Positions 18,503-28,837 of a stretch of DNA of 32,000 bases are shown one piece after another. Within the stretch, counting starts at the first letter, position 1. The number at the start of each line of letters is the position of its first letter. Source of the DNA: Delftia acidovorans NBRC 14950. Lineage in GTDB: Bacteria > Pseudomonadota > Gammaproteobacteria > Burkholderiales > Burkholderiaceae_C. The translations under genes were made by a program, and so were the position numbers. The stretch is from assembly GCF_001598795.1 (NCBI RefSeq), contig NZ_BCZP01000003.1:300001-332000 (forward strand), written 5' to 3'. The notes under the pieces were generated by a model that was not told where the DNA came from, did no database searches, and saw only the letters and a program-made list of their open reading frames with translations.

Positions 18503-19609
18503 TCACTTGGGCAGGGTGGCCTGCACGCCTTCCACCAGCCAGTTCATCTGCAGGATCTGTGCATCGTCCAGCTGCTTGCCGGCAGGAATGCGCACCTGGC
18601 CCTGGTTGTCGCGCACCGGCTGGTCGCCGGCCTTGAAGGGCTGCAGGCGGCCCTGGGCCATGTCCTTTTGGCGCTTCAGCACTTCCTCGCGCACGGCGGG
18701 CGGCAGCTTGGGGCCGAAGCCCTCCACGCGGATCATGCCCTCACGCACGCCGCCCCAGGTGTCCTGGCTCTTCCAGCTGCCGTCCAGCACGGCGCGGGCG
18801 CGCGCAGTGTAGTAGTCGCCCCACTGGTGGGTGACGGCCAGCAACTGGGCGTCGGGCCCGTCCTTGCGCATGTCGGAGTGGTAGGCAATCGCCATGCGGC
18901 CGCGCTCCTGGGCGGCCTGCATCACGGCGGTGGATGCGACCTGGAAGGACACCACGTCCACGCCGCCGTTGAACAGCGCCATGGCCGCATCGCGCTCGCG
19001 CGGCGGGTCGAACCAGGTATCCAGCCAGACCACCTTGACCGTGGCCTTGGGATTGACCGAGCGCATGCCCAGCGTGAAGGCGTTGATGCCCTGCAGCACC
19101 TCGGGAATGGGAAAGCCGACCACGAAGCCGGCCACGCCCGTCTTGCTGGCACGGCCTGCGGCAATGCCCGACAGATAGCGGCCCTCGTAGTAGCGCGCAT
19201 TCGAGGTGGCCACGTTGTCGGCGCGCTTGAAGCCCGTGACCGACTCGAACTTCACCTGCGGGAAGTCGCGCGCCACGCGCATCACGGACTCGGTGTAGCC
19301 GAAGCTGGTGGTGAAGATCAGCTGGTTGCCCGAGGCAGCCAGGTCGCGCAGCACGCGCTCGGCGTCGGGGCCCTCGGGCACGCTGTCCACGGCGCGGGTC
19401 TGCACGCGCGGACCCAGCGCAGCCTGCAATGCGCGCCGGCCCTCGTCGTGCTGGCGCGTCCAGCCGGCGTCGAGCACGGGCGTCAGATAGACGAAGGCAG
19501 CCTTGAGGGGCGCGGAACCTGCGGGGGATGAAGGGGCGGGATGGCCTTGGGACAAGGCCGTGGATACAAGACTTGCGGCCGCGACTGCGGCTGCGAGGTT
19601 TTTGTACAT
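18503..19609 (-). CDS. BMP-family (PnrA/Med-like) ABC substrate-binding protein, paralog 1, with a Sec-type signal peptide and no lipobox Cys
   Basis: 368 aa. BMP motifs SVPEGPDAERVLRDLA, GFPIPEVLQGINAFTLG and WLDTWFDPPRERDAA. More diverged from paralogs 2 and 3 than they are from each other. AGAGGA RBS. Confidence 0.85.
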   Translation of the reverse strand: MYKNLAAAVAAASLVSTALSQGHPAPSSPAGSAPLKAAFVYLTPVLDAGWTRQHDEGRRALQAALGPRVQTRAVDSVPEGPDAERVLRDLAASGNQLIFTTSFGYTESVMRVARDFPQVKFESVTGFKRADNVATSNARYYEGRYLSGIAAGRASKTGVAGFVVGFPIPEVLQGINAFTLGMRSVNPKATVKVVWLDTWFDPPRERDAAMALFNGGVDVVSFQVASTAVMQAAQERGRMAIAYHSDMRKDGPDAQLLAVTHQWGDYYTARARAVLDGSWKSQDTWGGVREGMIRVEGFGPKLPPAVREEVLKRQKDMAQGRLQPFKAGDQPVRDNQGQVRIPAGKQLDDAQILQMNWLVEGVQATLPK

Positions 19610-19676
19610 GGTGTTCCTCTACATGGCCCGGAAATGAAAACCCACCTGCCGTGGGCAGCGGCCGGTGCGGGGCGCG

Positions 19677-19682
19677 ATTATA
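19677..19682 (-). promoter_or_regulatory. candidate -10 box (TATAAT) for the BMP paralog 1 / guaD transcription unit
   Basis: Perfect TATAAT on the minus strand, about 68 nt upstream of the ATG at 19609. No convincing -35. Confidence 0.3.
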
Positions 19683-19714
19683 GGCAGCGCCCCTGAGGGC
19701 TGCCTGGGCCTGCG

Positions 19715-19749
19715 CTTATGGCCTCCATAAGGGACGGCAGATACCGTCC
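19715..19749. promoter_or_regulatory. two adjacent perfect inverted repeats in the BMP1/HIT divergent region
   Basis: CTTATGG-cct-CCATAAG (19715-19731) is followed immediately by GGACGG-cagata-CCGTCC (19732-19749). Confidence 0.4.
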
Positions 19750-19803
19750 ACTAAGATCGTCGGCAAATTCCAACCCCAAGCAACCACCAAGGAGCACAAG
19801 ACC

Positions 19804-20232
19804 ATGCCGATGTTCGTCGATACCTCGCCCCCGGGGCAGTGCCTTTTTTGCCGCCTCGTGGCGGGCGAGATCCCGTCCGCCAAGGTGTTCGAGGACGAGC
19901 AGACCATCGCCTTCATGGACATCGGCCAGGTCAATCCCGGCCATGTGCTGGTGGCCAGCAAGCGCCATGCCGTGACCCTGCTGGACCTCACGCCCGATGA
20001 GGCCGGCGCCGTGATGCGGACGGCCCAGCGCGTGGCGCAGGCCGTGCAGGCGGCGTTCGACCCCGAAGGCATCAGCCTGTTCCAGGCCAATGGCGCGGCG
20101 GGCGGGCAGACCGTCTTCCACTTCCACCTGCATGTGCTGCCGCGCCACGAGGGCGACGGCGTGGGCCTGGGCTGGCCGCGCAAGGAGCCCGGCATGCAGG
20201 CACTGCAGGACTATGCCGAGCGCCTCAGGCAA

Positions 20233-20244
<12 letters not shown>
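19804..20244 (+). CDS. HIT-family nucleotide hydrolase/transferase
   Basis: 146 aa. Contains CLFCRLVAGEIPS and the histidine triad HFHLHVLPR. AAGGAG RBS upstream. Confidence 0.9.
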
Positions 20245-22298
<2,054 letters not shown>

Positions 22299-22374
22299 GG
22301 GGGGAATCTCTTGCTGTCTGTCTGTGCCGCGGCGGCGGGCAGGCCGCGGCTGGGAGCGAGCATAAACCCACTCG

Positions 22375-22470
22375 ATGCGCAGCACAGGTACGGCACCTGT
22401 GCTGCGCATGAACGCCAAGGCCGCCCGAAGGCGGCCCTGGCGGCGGCAGGCAACCCGGCCTGCGCCGGGT
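22375..22470 (-). other. cluster of three stem-loops between the BMP paralog 2 stop and the Rieske gene start
   Basis: First: 22453-22470, ACCCGGC-ctgc-GCCGGGT. Second: 22419-22436, GGCCGCC-cgaa-GGCGGCC. Third: 22375-22409, ATGCGCAGCACAGGT-acggc-ACCTGTGCTGCGCAT (15-bp perfect stem). None is followed by a U-tract. Confidence 0.6.
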
Positions 22471-22485
22471 GGCATGGCGTCTGTC

Positions 22486-23643
22486 TTACTTGCTGTCCTG
22501 GCCCGGCACCTTGCCTTCCACGCCCTTGACGTAGAAGTTGATGCCCGTGAGGAACTTGTCCTCGGCCACGGCGTCGGCGGCCAGCAGTTCCTTGCCGTCC
22601 TGGCCTGCGATCGGGCCCTTCCAGATGTGGAAGGTGCCGTCCTTCAGGCCCTTCTTGACCTCTTCGATCTTCGCCTTGGCTTCGGCGGGCACGTCATCGG
22701 CCAGCGAGACGATGTCGATCGCGCCTTCCTTCACGCCCCACCAGGTCTGCTGGCTGCTCCACTTGCCGTCCAGCATCTCGCGCACGGTCTTGGTGTAGTA
22801 GGGCGTCCAGTTGATGATGGCCGAGCCCAGGTGGGCCTTGGGGCCGTAGGCCGTCATGTCGGAGTCCCAGCCAAAGGCGCGCTTGCCCTTTTCCTCGGCC
22901 GTCTTAAGCACGGCGGCGGAGTCGGTGTTCTGGAACAGGATGTCGGCGCCGCCGTTGATCAGCGAAGTCGCAGCCTCGGTTTCCTTCGGGGGTGCGAACC
23001 ACTCGTTGACCCAGACCACCTTGGTCTTGATCTTGGGGTTCATGGACTGCGCGCCCAGCGTGAAGCTGTTGATGTTGCGCAGCACTTCGGGAATCGGCAC
23101 GGAGCCGACCACGCCCAGCACGTTGGACTTGGTCATGGAGCCCGCGATGATGCCGGCCAGGTAGGCGCCTTCGTAGGTGCGGCTGTCGTAGGTGCTGACG
23201 TTGGCGGCGGTCTTGTAGCCGGTGGCGTGCTCGAACTTCACATCGGGGAAGTCGGGAGCGATCTTCTGGATGGGCTCCATGTAGCCGAAGGTGGTGCCGA
23301 AGACCAGCTTGTTGCCGTTGGCGGCCATGTCGCGCAGCACGCGCTCGGCGTCGGCGCCCTCGGGCACGCTCTCCACATAGGAGGTCTTGATCTTGTCGCC
23401 GAATTCCTTCTCCAGCGCCAGGCGGCCCTGGTCGTGGGCAAAGGTGTAGCCGCCGTCACCGACGGGGCCCACGTAGGCGAAGGCGATCTTCAAAGGCTCG
23501 GTTGCAGCGGCAGCAGGGGCCTCGGCAACGGGAGCGGGCGCAGGCGCGGCCTCCTCCTTCTTGCCACAGCCGGCCAGCGCGGCGGCGGCCACGGCCGACA
23601 GCGCTGCCACCTTGATCAGGGAGCGTTTGTGAAGATCAGTCAT
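22486..23643 (-). CDS. BMP-family ABC substrate-binding lipoprotein, paralog 2
   Basis: Trimmed to the ATG at 23643 with a GAGGAA RBS. Signal peptide with lipobox LAGC, then an Ala/Pro-rich tether. BMP motifs SVPEGADAERVLRDMA, SVPIPEVLRNINSFTLG and WVNEWFAPPKETEAA. Confidence 0.9.
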   Translation of the reverse strand: MTDLHKRSLIKVAALSAVAAAALAGCGKKEEAAPAPAPVAEAPAAAATEPLKIAFAYVGPVGDGGYTFAHDQGRLALEKEFGDKIKTSYVESVPEGADAERVLRDMAANGNKLVFGTTFGYMEPIQKIAPDFPDVKFEHATGYKTAANVSTYDSRTYEGAYLAGIIAGSMTKSNVLGVVGSVPIPEVLRNINSFTLGAQSMNPKIKTKVVWVNEWFAPPKETEAATSLINGGADILFQNTDSAAVLKTAEEKGKRAFGWDSDMTAYGPKAHLGSAIINWTPYYTKTVREMLDGKWSSQQTWWGVKEGAIDIVSLADDVPAEAKAKIEEVKKGLKDGTFHIWKGPIAGQDGKELLAADAVAEDKFLTGINFYVKGVEGKVPGQDSK

Positions 23644-23848
23644 CGAAGTTTCCTCAAGTGGTCCTGCGGCAGGCAGGAAGAAGGCGGTGTCCGCAGGGGC
23701 GCAGACCCGCCGCGATGGGTCCCGAGAATAAAGCAAGAATGGCGCCAGCCGGCTGCGCCAGAGCCACCAGGCATGCGGGAAAACCACATTTTGGGGGCTT
23801 TGCACAATCGTGGTGCATAGGGCGGACCCGTCTGGCGGATCGCGGCAG

Positions 23849-23870
23849 AAAAAAGGGCCCCGAAGGGCCC
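23849..23870 (-). terminator. intrinsic terminator after BMP paralog 3
   Basis: Minus strand reads GGGCCC-ttcg-GGGCCC followed by TTTTTT. It lies 23 nt after the stop at 23894. Confidence 0.85.
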
Positions 23871-23893
23871 TTGGTGCATGGACTGCCGCCGGA

Positions 23894-25066
23894 TCACTTG
23901 GCGCCCGGCACCTTGCCTTCGACGCCGTTGACGAAGAAGTTGATGCTGGTCATGAAGCCCAGGTCGCCGACCTGGCCTGCCGTCAGCACTTCCTTGCCGG
24001 TGTTGTCCTTGATGGGGCCGGTCCAGACGGCGAAGCTGCCGTCCTTCAAGCCGTCGCGTGCCTTGGCGACCTTGTCCTTGATGTCCTGGGGCACGTCGTC
24101 GGCGATCTTCACGAGGTCGATGGCGCCTTCCTTCACGCCCCACCAGAACGAGCCGCCCTGCCACTTGCCGTCCAGCGTGTCCTGGGTGACCTTGCTGTAG
24201 TAAGGCGTCCAGTCGATCACGGCCGAGCCCAGGTGGGCCTTGGGCGCGAAGGCGCTCATGTCGCCGTCCTTGCCGAAGGCGCGCGCACCGCGTTCCTCGG
24301 CCGTCTTGAGCACGGCCGGGGAGTTGGTGTTCTGGTAGAGCACGTCCACGCCGCCGTTGATCAGCGAGGTGGCGGCCTCGGACTCCTTGGGCGGGGCGAA
24401 CCATTCGTTCACCCAGACCACCTTGGCCTTGATCGAGGGATCGACGCTTTGCGCGCCCAGCACGAAGCTGTTGATGTTGCGCACCACTTCAGGAATCGGC
24501 ACCGAGGCCACGACGCCGACGGTCTTGGTCTTGGTCATGCCGCCGGCCACGATGCCGGCAAGGTACGCGCCCTCGAAGGTCTTGGTGTCGTAGGTGGCCA
24601 CGTTGTCGGCGTTCTTGTAGCCGGTGGCGTGCTCGAACTTCACGTCCTTGAGGTCGGCCGCGACCTTCTGCACGAACTCCTGGTAGCCGAAGCTGGTCGC
24701 GAAGATCAGCTTGTTGCCCTGGCCGGCCATGTCGCGCATCACGCGCTCGGCATCGGCGCTCTCGGGCACGCTTTCGACAAAGGAGGTTTCCACCTTGTCG
24801 CCGAACTTCTCCTGGATGGCCTTGCGGCCCAGCTCGTGCTGGAAGGTCCAGCCGCCGTCGCCGATGGGGCTGACGTACATGAAGCCGATCTTGAGCTTCT
24901 CGGCCGGCGCCTGGGCGGCAGGCGCGGCAGCGGGAGCGGGCGCTGCGGCCTCTTCCTTCTTGCCGCAGGCGGTCAGGGCCGCCACCGAGATGGCCGACAG
25001 GCCGATCATCTTCACAAGCGTGCTTTTCAGGCCAGGTTTCAGGGTGCGTTCGCGCAAAGCGGGCAT
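23894..25066 (-). CDS. BMP-family ABC substrate-binding lipoprotein, paralog 3
   Basis: 390 aa. AAGGA lies 7 nt upstream of the ATG at 25066. Lipobox LTAC plus an Ala/Pro tether. Identical to paralog 2 at 47 of 70 positions in a stretch aligned by eye (KIGFMYV... versus KIAFAYV...). Confidence 0.9.
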   Translation of the reverse strand: MPALRERTLKPGLKSTLVKMIGLSAISVAALTACGKKEEAAAPAPAAAPAAQAPAEKLKIGFMYVSPIGDGGWTFQHELGRKAIQEKFGDKVETSFVESVPESADAERVMRDMAGQGNKLIFATSFGYQEFVQKVAADLKDVKFEHATGYKNADNVATYDTKTFEGAYLAGIVAGGMTKTKTVGVVASVPIPEVVRNINSFVLGAQSVDPSIKAKVVWVNEWFAPPKESEAATSLINGGVDVLYQNTNSPAVLKTAEERGARAFGKDGDMSAFAPKAHLGSAVIDWTPYYSKVTQDTLDGKWQGGSFWWGVKEGAIDLVKIADDVPQDIKDKVAKARDGLKDGSFAVWTGPIKDNTGKEVLTAGQVGDLGFMTSINFFVNGVEGKVPGAK

Positions 25067-25114
25067 GCGTTTGTCCTTTTGTGGTTCTGGAGGGAGAGAG
25101 AAAAAATGAAAGCG

Positions 25115-26035
25115 TCAGGAGCCCGGGTAGAAGGGCTTGCCCAGCGAGGCCGGCATGTTGGCACGGATCCAGGCCGGATTGCGCGAGATCAGCACCAGCA
25201 CGACGATGGTCGCCAGGTAGGGCAGCATGGACAGCAGCTGGCTGGCCACCTGCACGCCCGTGGCCTGCAGGTGGAACTGCAGCATGGTCACGCCGCCGAA
25301 CAGGTAGGCGCCCAGCAGCACGCGCGCAGGGCGCCAGGTGGCAAAGGTGGTCAGCGCCAGCGCGATCCAGCCCCGGCCCGACACCATGCCCTCCACCCAC
25401 AGCGGCGTGTAGACGGTGGAGATGTAGGCGCCGGCCAGCCCGCACATGGCGCCGCCGAAGACCACGGCCGCCAGGCGGATGCGGCGCACCGGGTAGCCCA
25501 GCGCATGGGCCGACTGGGGCGACTCACCCACGGCGCGCAGCACCAGGCCGGCCCGCGTGCGGTAGAGGAACCAGACCAGGGCCGCCGCAATGGCCACCGC
25601 GCCATAGACCAGCGGGTGCAGGCGGAACAGCGCCGTGCCGACCACGGGCAGGTCGGACAGCCAGGGCACGGCGAACTTGGGCAGTTCGGGCAGGCGCGCC
25701 TGCACATAGCCCAGGCCCAGGAAGGCCGAGAAGCCCGTGCCGAACAGCGACAGGGCGAGCCCCGTCGCGTACTGGTTGGTGTTCAGCCAGATTACCAGCA
25801 CGCCGAAGATGGCGGCCAGCAGCGCGCCCGCGCCCATGCCGGCCAGAAAGCCCACGGTGGTGCTGCCCGTGTGGACCACGGCGGCAAAGCCCGCAATGGC
25901 GGCGCACAGCATCATCCCCTCGGCACCCAGGTTGACGATGCCGGCCTTTTCATTGATCAGCAGGCCCAGCGCAGCCAGCGCCAGCACGGTGCCGGCGCTG
26001 AGCGTGGAGCCCAGCAGCAGTGCATAGGATTCCAT
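25115..26035 (-). CDS. ABC transporter permease (BMP/nucleoside-type system, second permease)
   Basis: Track ORF 25115..26641 trimmed to the ATG at 26035 (MESYALLLGSTL), with an AAGGAGG RBS. Multi-TM. The start overlaps the upstream stop (TGATG). Confidence 0.85.
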   Translation of the reverse strand: MESYALLLGSTLSAGTVLALAALGLLINEKAGIVNLGAEGMMLCAAIAGFAAVVHTGSTTVGFLAGMGAGALLAAIFGVLVIWLNTNQYATGLALSLFGTGFSAFLGLGYVQARLPELPKFAVPWLSDLPVVGTALFRLHPLVYGAVAIAAALVWFLYRTRAGLVLRAVGESPQSAHALGYPVRRIRLAAVVFGGAMCGLAGAYISTVYTPLWVEGMVSGRGWIALALTTFATWRPARVLLGAYLFGGVTMLQFHLQATGVQVASQLLSMLPYLATIVVLVLISRNPAWIRANMPASLGKPFYPGS

Positions 26036-27141
26036 CAGCGGGCCTCCTTGACTGCAGGCGCCGCTGCGGGCGGGACCACGGGCGTGCGGGACACCCAGCG
26101 CACGCGGTAGGCCACCAGCGTGTCGCAGGCCAGCAGCGTGAACAGCAGCAGGCCCTGGAACACGCCGGTCAGCGCCTTGGGCAGGCCCAGGCGCGACTGG
26201 GCGAGTTCGCCCCCGATATAGAACATGCTCATGAGAATCGCGGAAAAGATCATGCCCACGGGATGCAGGCGGCCGACGAAGGCCACGATGATGGCGGCAA
26301 AGCCGTAGCCAGCCGGGACATAAGGCGTGAGCTGGCCCAGCGGGCCGGCCACTTCCAGCGCACCGGCCAGGCCGGCGGCGGCGCCCGAGATCAGCAGCGC
26401 CGTCCACAGCGCGCGGCGCGAGGAAAAGCCCGCGTAGCGCGCAGCAGCCGGGGCCAGGCCACCGACCTGCAGCGCAAAGCCGGCGCGGGTGCGGAACAGG
26501 AAGACCCACAGCATGGCCGCCGCAGCCAGCGCCAGCAGCAGCCCGATGTTGGTGCGCATGCCCTGCATGAGCTTGGGGATCTGCGTGACGCGCTCGAAGG
26601 TCTTGGTCTGCGGGAAGTTGTAGCCCATAGGGTCCTTCCACGGCCCGTAGACCAGAAAACCCAGCACCAGGGTGGCCACGTAGACCAGCATCAGGCTGAC
26701 CAGGATTTCATTGGCATTGAAGCGGTCGCGCAGCAGGGCCACGATGCCTGCCCAGACCATGCCGCCCAGCATACCGGCCACCAGGATGGCGGGCACGATC
26801 CACGGCCCCGTGGTCTTGTCCGCCAGCAGCGCCACGCCGCCTGCGGCCACGGCGCCGATCACGAACTGGCCTTCGGCACCGATGTTCCACACATTGGAGC
26901 GAAAGCACACGGCCAGTCCCAGCGCGATCAGCAGCAGCGGCGTGGCCTTGACGGCTAGCTCGCCCAGCGCATAGGTGGACTTGACGGGGTCCCAGAAGAA
27001 GGCCTGCAGGCCGCGCACCGGGTCCTTGCCCAGCATCACGAACAGGCACACGCCGATCAGCACCGTAATGGCCAGCGCCAGCACGGGCGAACCGTAGGTC
27101 CACAGCCTGGAGGCCTGGGGGCGTTGCTCAAGCTTGAACAT
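26035..27141 (-). CDS. ABC transporter permease (BMP/nucleoside-type system, first permease)
   Basis: Trimmed to the ATG at 27141 (MFKLEQRPQ), with a GGGGAGG RBS. Multi-TM. Overlaps the 3' end of the ATPase gene by 14 nt. Confidence 0.85.
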   Translation of the reverse strand: MFKLEQRPQASRLWTYGSPVLALAITVLIGVCLFVMLGKDPVRGLQAFFWDPVKSTYALGELAVKATPLLLIALGLAVCFRSNVWNIGAEGQFVIGAVAAGGVALLADKTTGPWIVPAILVAGMLGGMVWAGIVALLRDRFNANEILVSLMLVYVATLVLGFLVYGPWKDPMGYNFPQTKTFERVTQIPKLMQGMRTNIGLLLALAAAAMLWVFLFRTRAGFALQVGGLAPAAARYAGFSSRRALWTALLISGAAAGLAGALEVAGPLGQLTPYVPAGYGFAAIIVAFVGRLHPVGMIFSAILMSMFYIGGELAQSRLGLPKALTGVFQGLLLFTLLACDTLVAYRVRWVSRTPVVPPAAAPAVKEAR

Positions 27142-28717
27142 GGGCGCCTCCCCTGGCGGCATTCTGGGAGGCGTTCGGGGCGGCAGCACCGTCCCACAGG
27201 CCGCTCATCCACTCGCCGATCTGCTGCACGGTGGCATCGGCCCGCGCCACCGAGGGCGACAGCCGGCCCTTGGCCACCACATGCAGGCGGTCACATATTT
27301 CGAACAATTCGTCCAACTCCTCGCTGAGCACCAGCACGGCGCAGCCCTCGTCACGCAATTGCAGGATGGCGCCGCGGATCTGCGCGGCCGCCCCCACGTC
27401 CACCCCCCAGGTAGGCTGGGAGATGATGAGCAGCTTGGGCCTGGCATCGATCTCGCGGCCCACGATGAATTTCTGCAGGTTGCCGCCCGACAGCGACTGC
27501 GCAGCCGCGTTGGGGCCACCGGCCTTGACGTTGAAGCGCGCGATGATGGCGCGCGCCTGCTCCTGCAACTGGCCCATGCGGATCCAGCCGCCCGCGCCCA
27601 GCGCGGTCTTGCGCGTCAGCAGCAGGTTGTGCGCCAGGCCCATGCTGGGCACGGCACCGCGGCCAAGACGCTCCTCCGGCACGAAGTGCAGGCCCAGCGC
27701 ACGGCGCCGGCCGGGGCCCAGGCGCCCCGCCTCCCGGCCAGCAATCTGCACCATTTCGGGCGCTGCGCGCGTGTCCTCGCCGGACAGGGCGTACAGCAAT
27801 TCCTTCTGGCCATTGCCCGAGACACCGGCGATGCCCACGACTTCGCCCGCGCGCACATCGAGCTGGATGCCATGCAGGTCCACGCCGAAGGGCTCCGAGC
27901 GCGGCAGCGCCAGGCCCTGCACGCGCAGCACGCTGGCGCCGACCTGGGATTCGCGGTGCGTGAGCTCGGGCGGCTCCGAGCCGATCATCAGCCGCGACAG
28001 CGAGGCATTGCTCTCCACGGCCGGGTTGCACACGCCGGTCACCTGCCCGCCGCGCAGCACGGTACAGGCCGTGCACAGCGAACGGATCTCGTGCAGCTTG
28101 TGGCTGATGTAGAGGATGGAGCAGCCCTCGGACGCCAGGCGGCGCAGTACCACGAAGAGCTTTTCCACCGCCTGCGGCGTGAGCACCGAGGTGGGCTCGT
28201 CAAGAATGAGCACGCGCGGGTGCGTGAGCAGGGCGCGGATGATTTCCACGCGCTGCATCTCGCCCACGCTCAGCGTGTGCACGGGGCGGTGGGGATCGAC
28301 CTCCAGCCCGTAGTCATGCGCCGTGGACTCGATGCGCTTCACCACCTCGGCCAGCGGCAGGCTCTTGTCCAGGCCCAGCCAGACGTTCTCGGCCACGGAC
28401 AGCGTGTCGAACAGGCTGAAATGCTGGAACACCATGGCGATGCCCAGCTGGCGCGCCTCCTGCGGGTTGCGGATGTGGACCGGCTTGCCATCGACCTCGA
28501 TGCGGCCTTCGTCGGGCTTGACGGCGCCGTAGATGATCTTCATCAGCGTGGACTTGCCGGCACCGTTCTCACCCAGGATGGCATGCACTTCGCCGGCGCC
28601 CACGGTCAGCGAAATACCGTTGTTGGCCACCACCGCCGGATAGCGCTTGGTGATGCCTGTCAGCTGCAGCCGGGGCGGTGCGGCGGCTGGCAGGGGGACT
28701 GTATCGGGGGGATTCAT
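27128..28717 (-). CDS. ABC transporter ATP-binding protein with duplicated ABC domains
   Basis: 529 aa. Domain 1: GENGAGKST, LSVGEMQRVEI, VLILDEPTS. Domain 2: GVSGNGQKEL, LSGGNLQKF, LLIISQPTWGVD. Confidence 0.9.
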   Translation of the reverse strand: MNPPDTVPLPAAAPPRLQLTGITKRYPAVVANNGISLTVGAGEVHAILGENGAGKSTLMKIIYGAVKPDEGRIEVDGKPVHIRNPQEARQLGIAMVFQHFSLFDTLSVAENVWLGLDKSLPLAEVVKRIESTAHDYGLEVDPHRPVHTLSVGEMQRVEIIRALLTHPRVLILDEPTSVLTPQAVEKLFVVLRRLASEGCSILYISHKLHEIRSLCTACTVLRGGQVTGVCNPAVESNASLSRLMIGSEPPELTHRESQVGASVLRVQGLALPRSEPFGVDLHGIQLDVRAGEVVGIAGVSGNGQKELLYALSGEDTRAAPEMVQIAGREAGRLGPGRRRALGLHFVPEERLGRGAVPSMGLAHNLLLTRKTALGAGGWIRMGQLQEQARAIIARFNVKAGGPNAAAQSLSGGNLQKFIVGREIDARPKLLIISQPTWGVDVGAAAQIRGAILQLRDEGCAVLVLSEELDELFEICDRLHVVAKGRLSPSVARADATVQQIGEWMSGLWDGAAAPNASQNAARGGAHVQA

Positions 28718-28811
28718 GGCTGGGATTGTCTTTCAATTTCTGCAACAAACTGGAACACAAGTCCTTGAAACCGCCTCGGCGGCCCTCATATCGACCACCA
28801 CTTTGTTCACC

Positions 28812-28832
28812 AAAAAGGCGGTTCCTGCCGCC
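28812..28832 (-). terminator. probable intrinsic terminator after the LysR gene
   Basis: Minus strand reads GGCGG-caggaa-CCGCC followed by TTTTT, 5 nt after the TAG stop. The stem is short. Confidence 0.5.
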
Positions 28833-28837
28833 ATCGC

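Noticed and set aside
19610-19700. Possible purine riboswitch in the leader of BMP paralog 1 / guaD. The minus-strand RNA contains UAUAAUCGCG and GUUUUCAUUUCCGGGC, which recall the J1/2 and J2/3 regions of the purine aptamer.
   Set aside because: I could not fold P2 and P3 helices with the conserved loop sequences, and there is no GGAUAUGG- or CCGUAAAU-like element. The TATAAT is explained more simply as a -10 box. A covariance-model scan (Rfam RF00167) would settle it.
25089-25106. 18-nt polypurine tract GGAGGGAGAGAGAAAAAA between permease 2 and BMP paralog 3
   Set aside because: It is short and lies within a 48-nt intergenic spacer that also supplies the RBS region. There is no evidence of function beyond being the pyrimidine-rich spacer on the coding strand.
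28741-28765. Possible sigma-54 promoter (GTTCCAGTTTGTTGCA on the minus strand) upstream of the ABC ATPase gene
   Set aside because: It lacks the invariant GG of the -24 element. The resemblance is limited to the TTGCA part.
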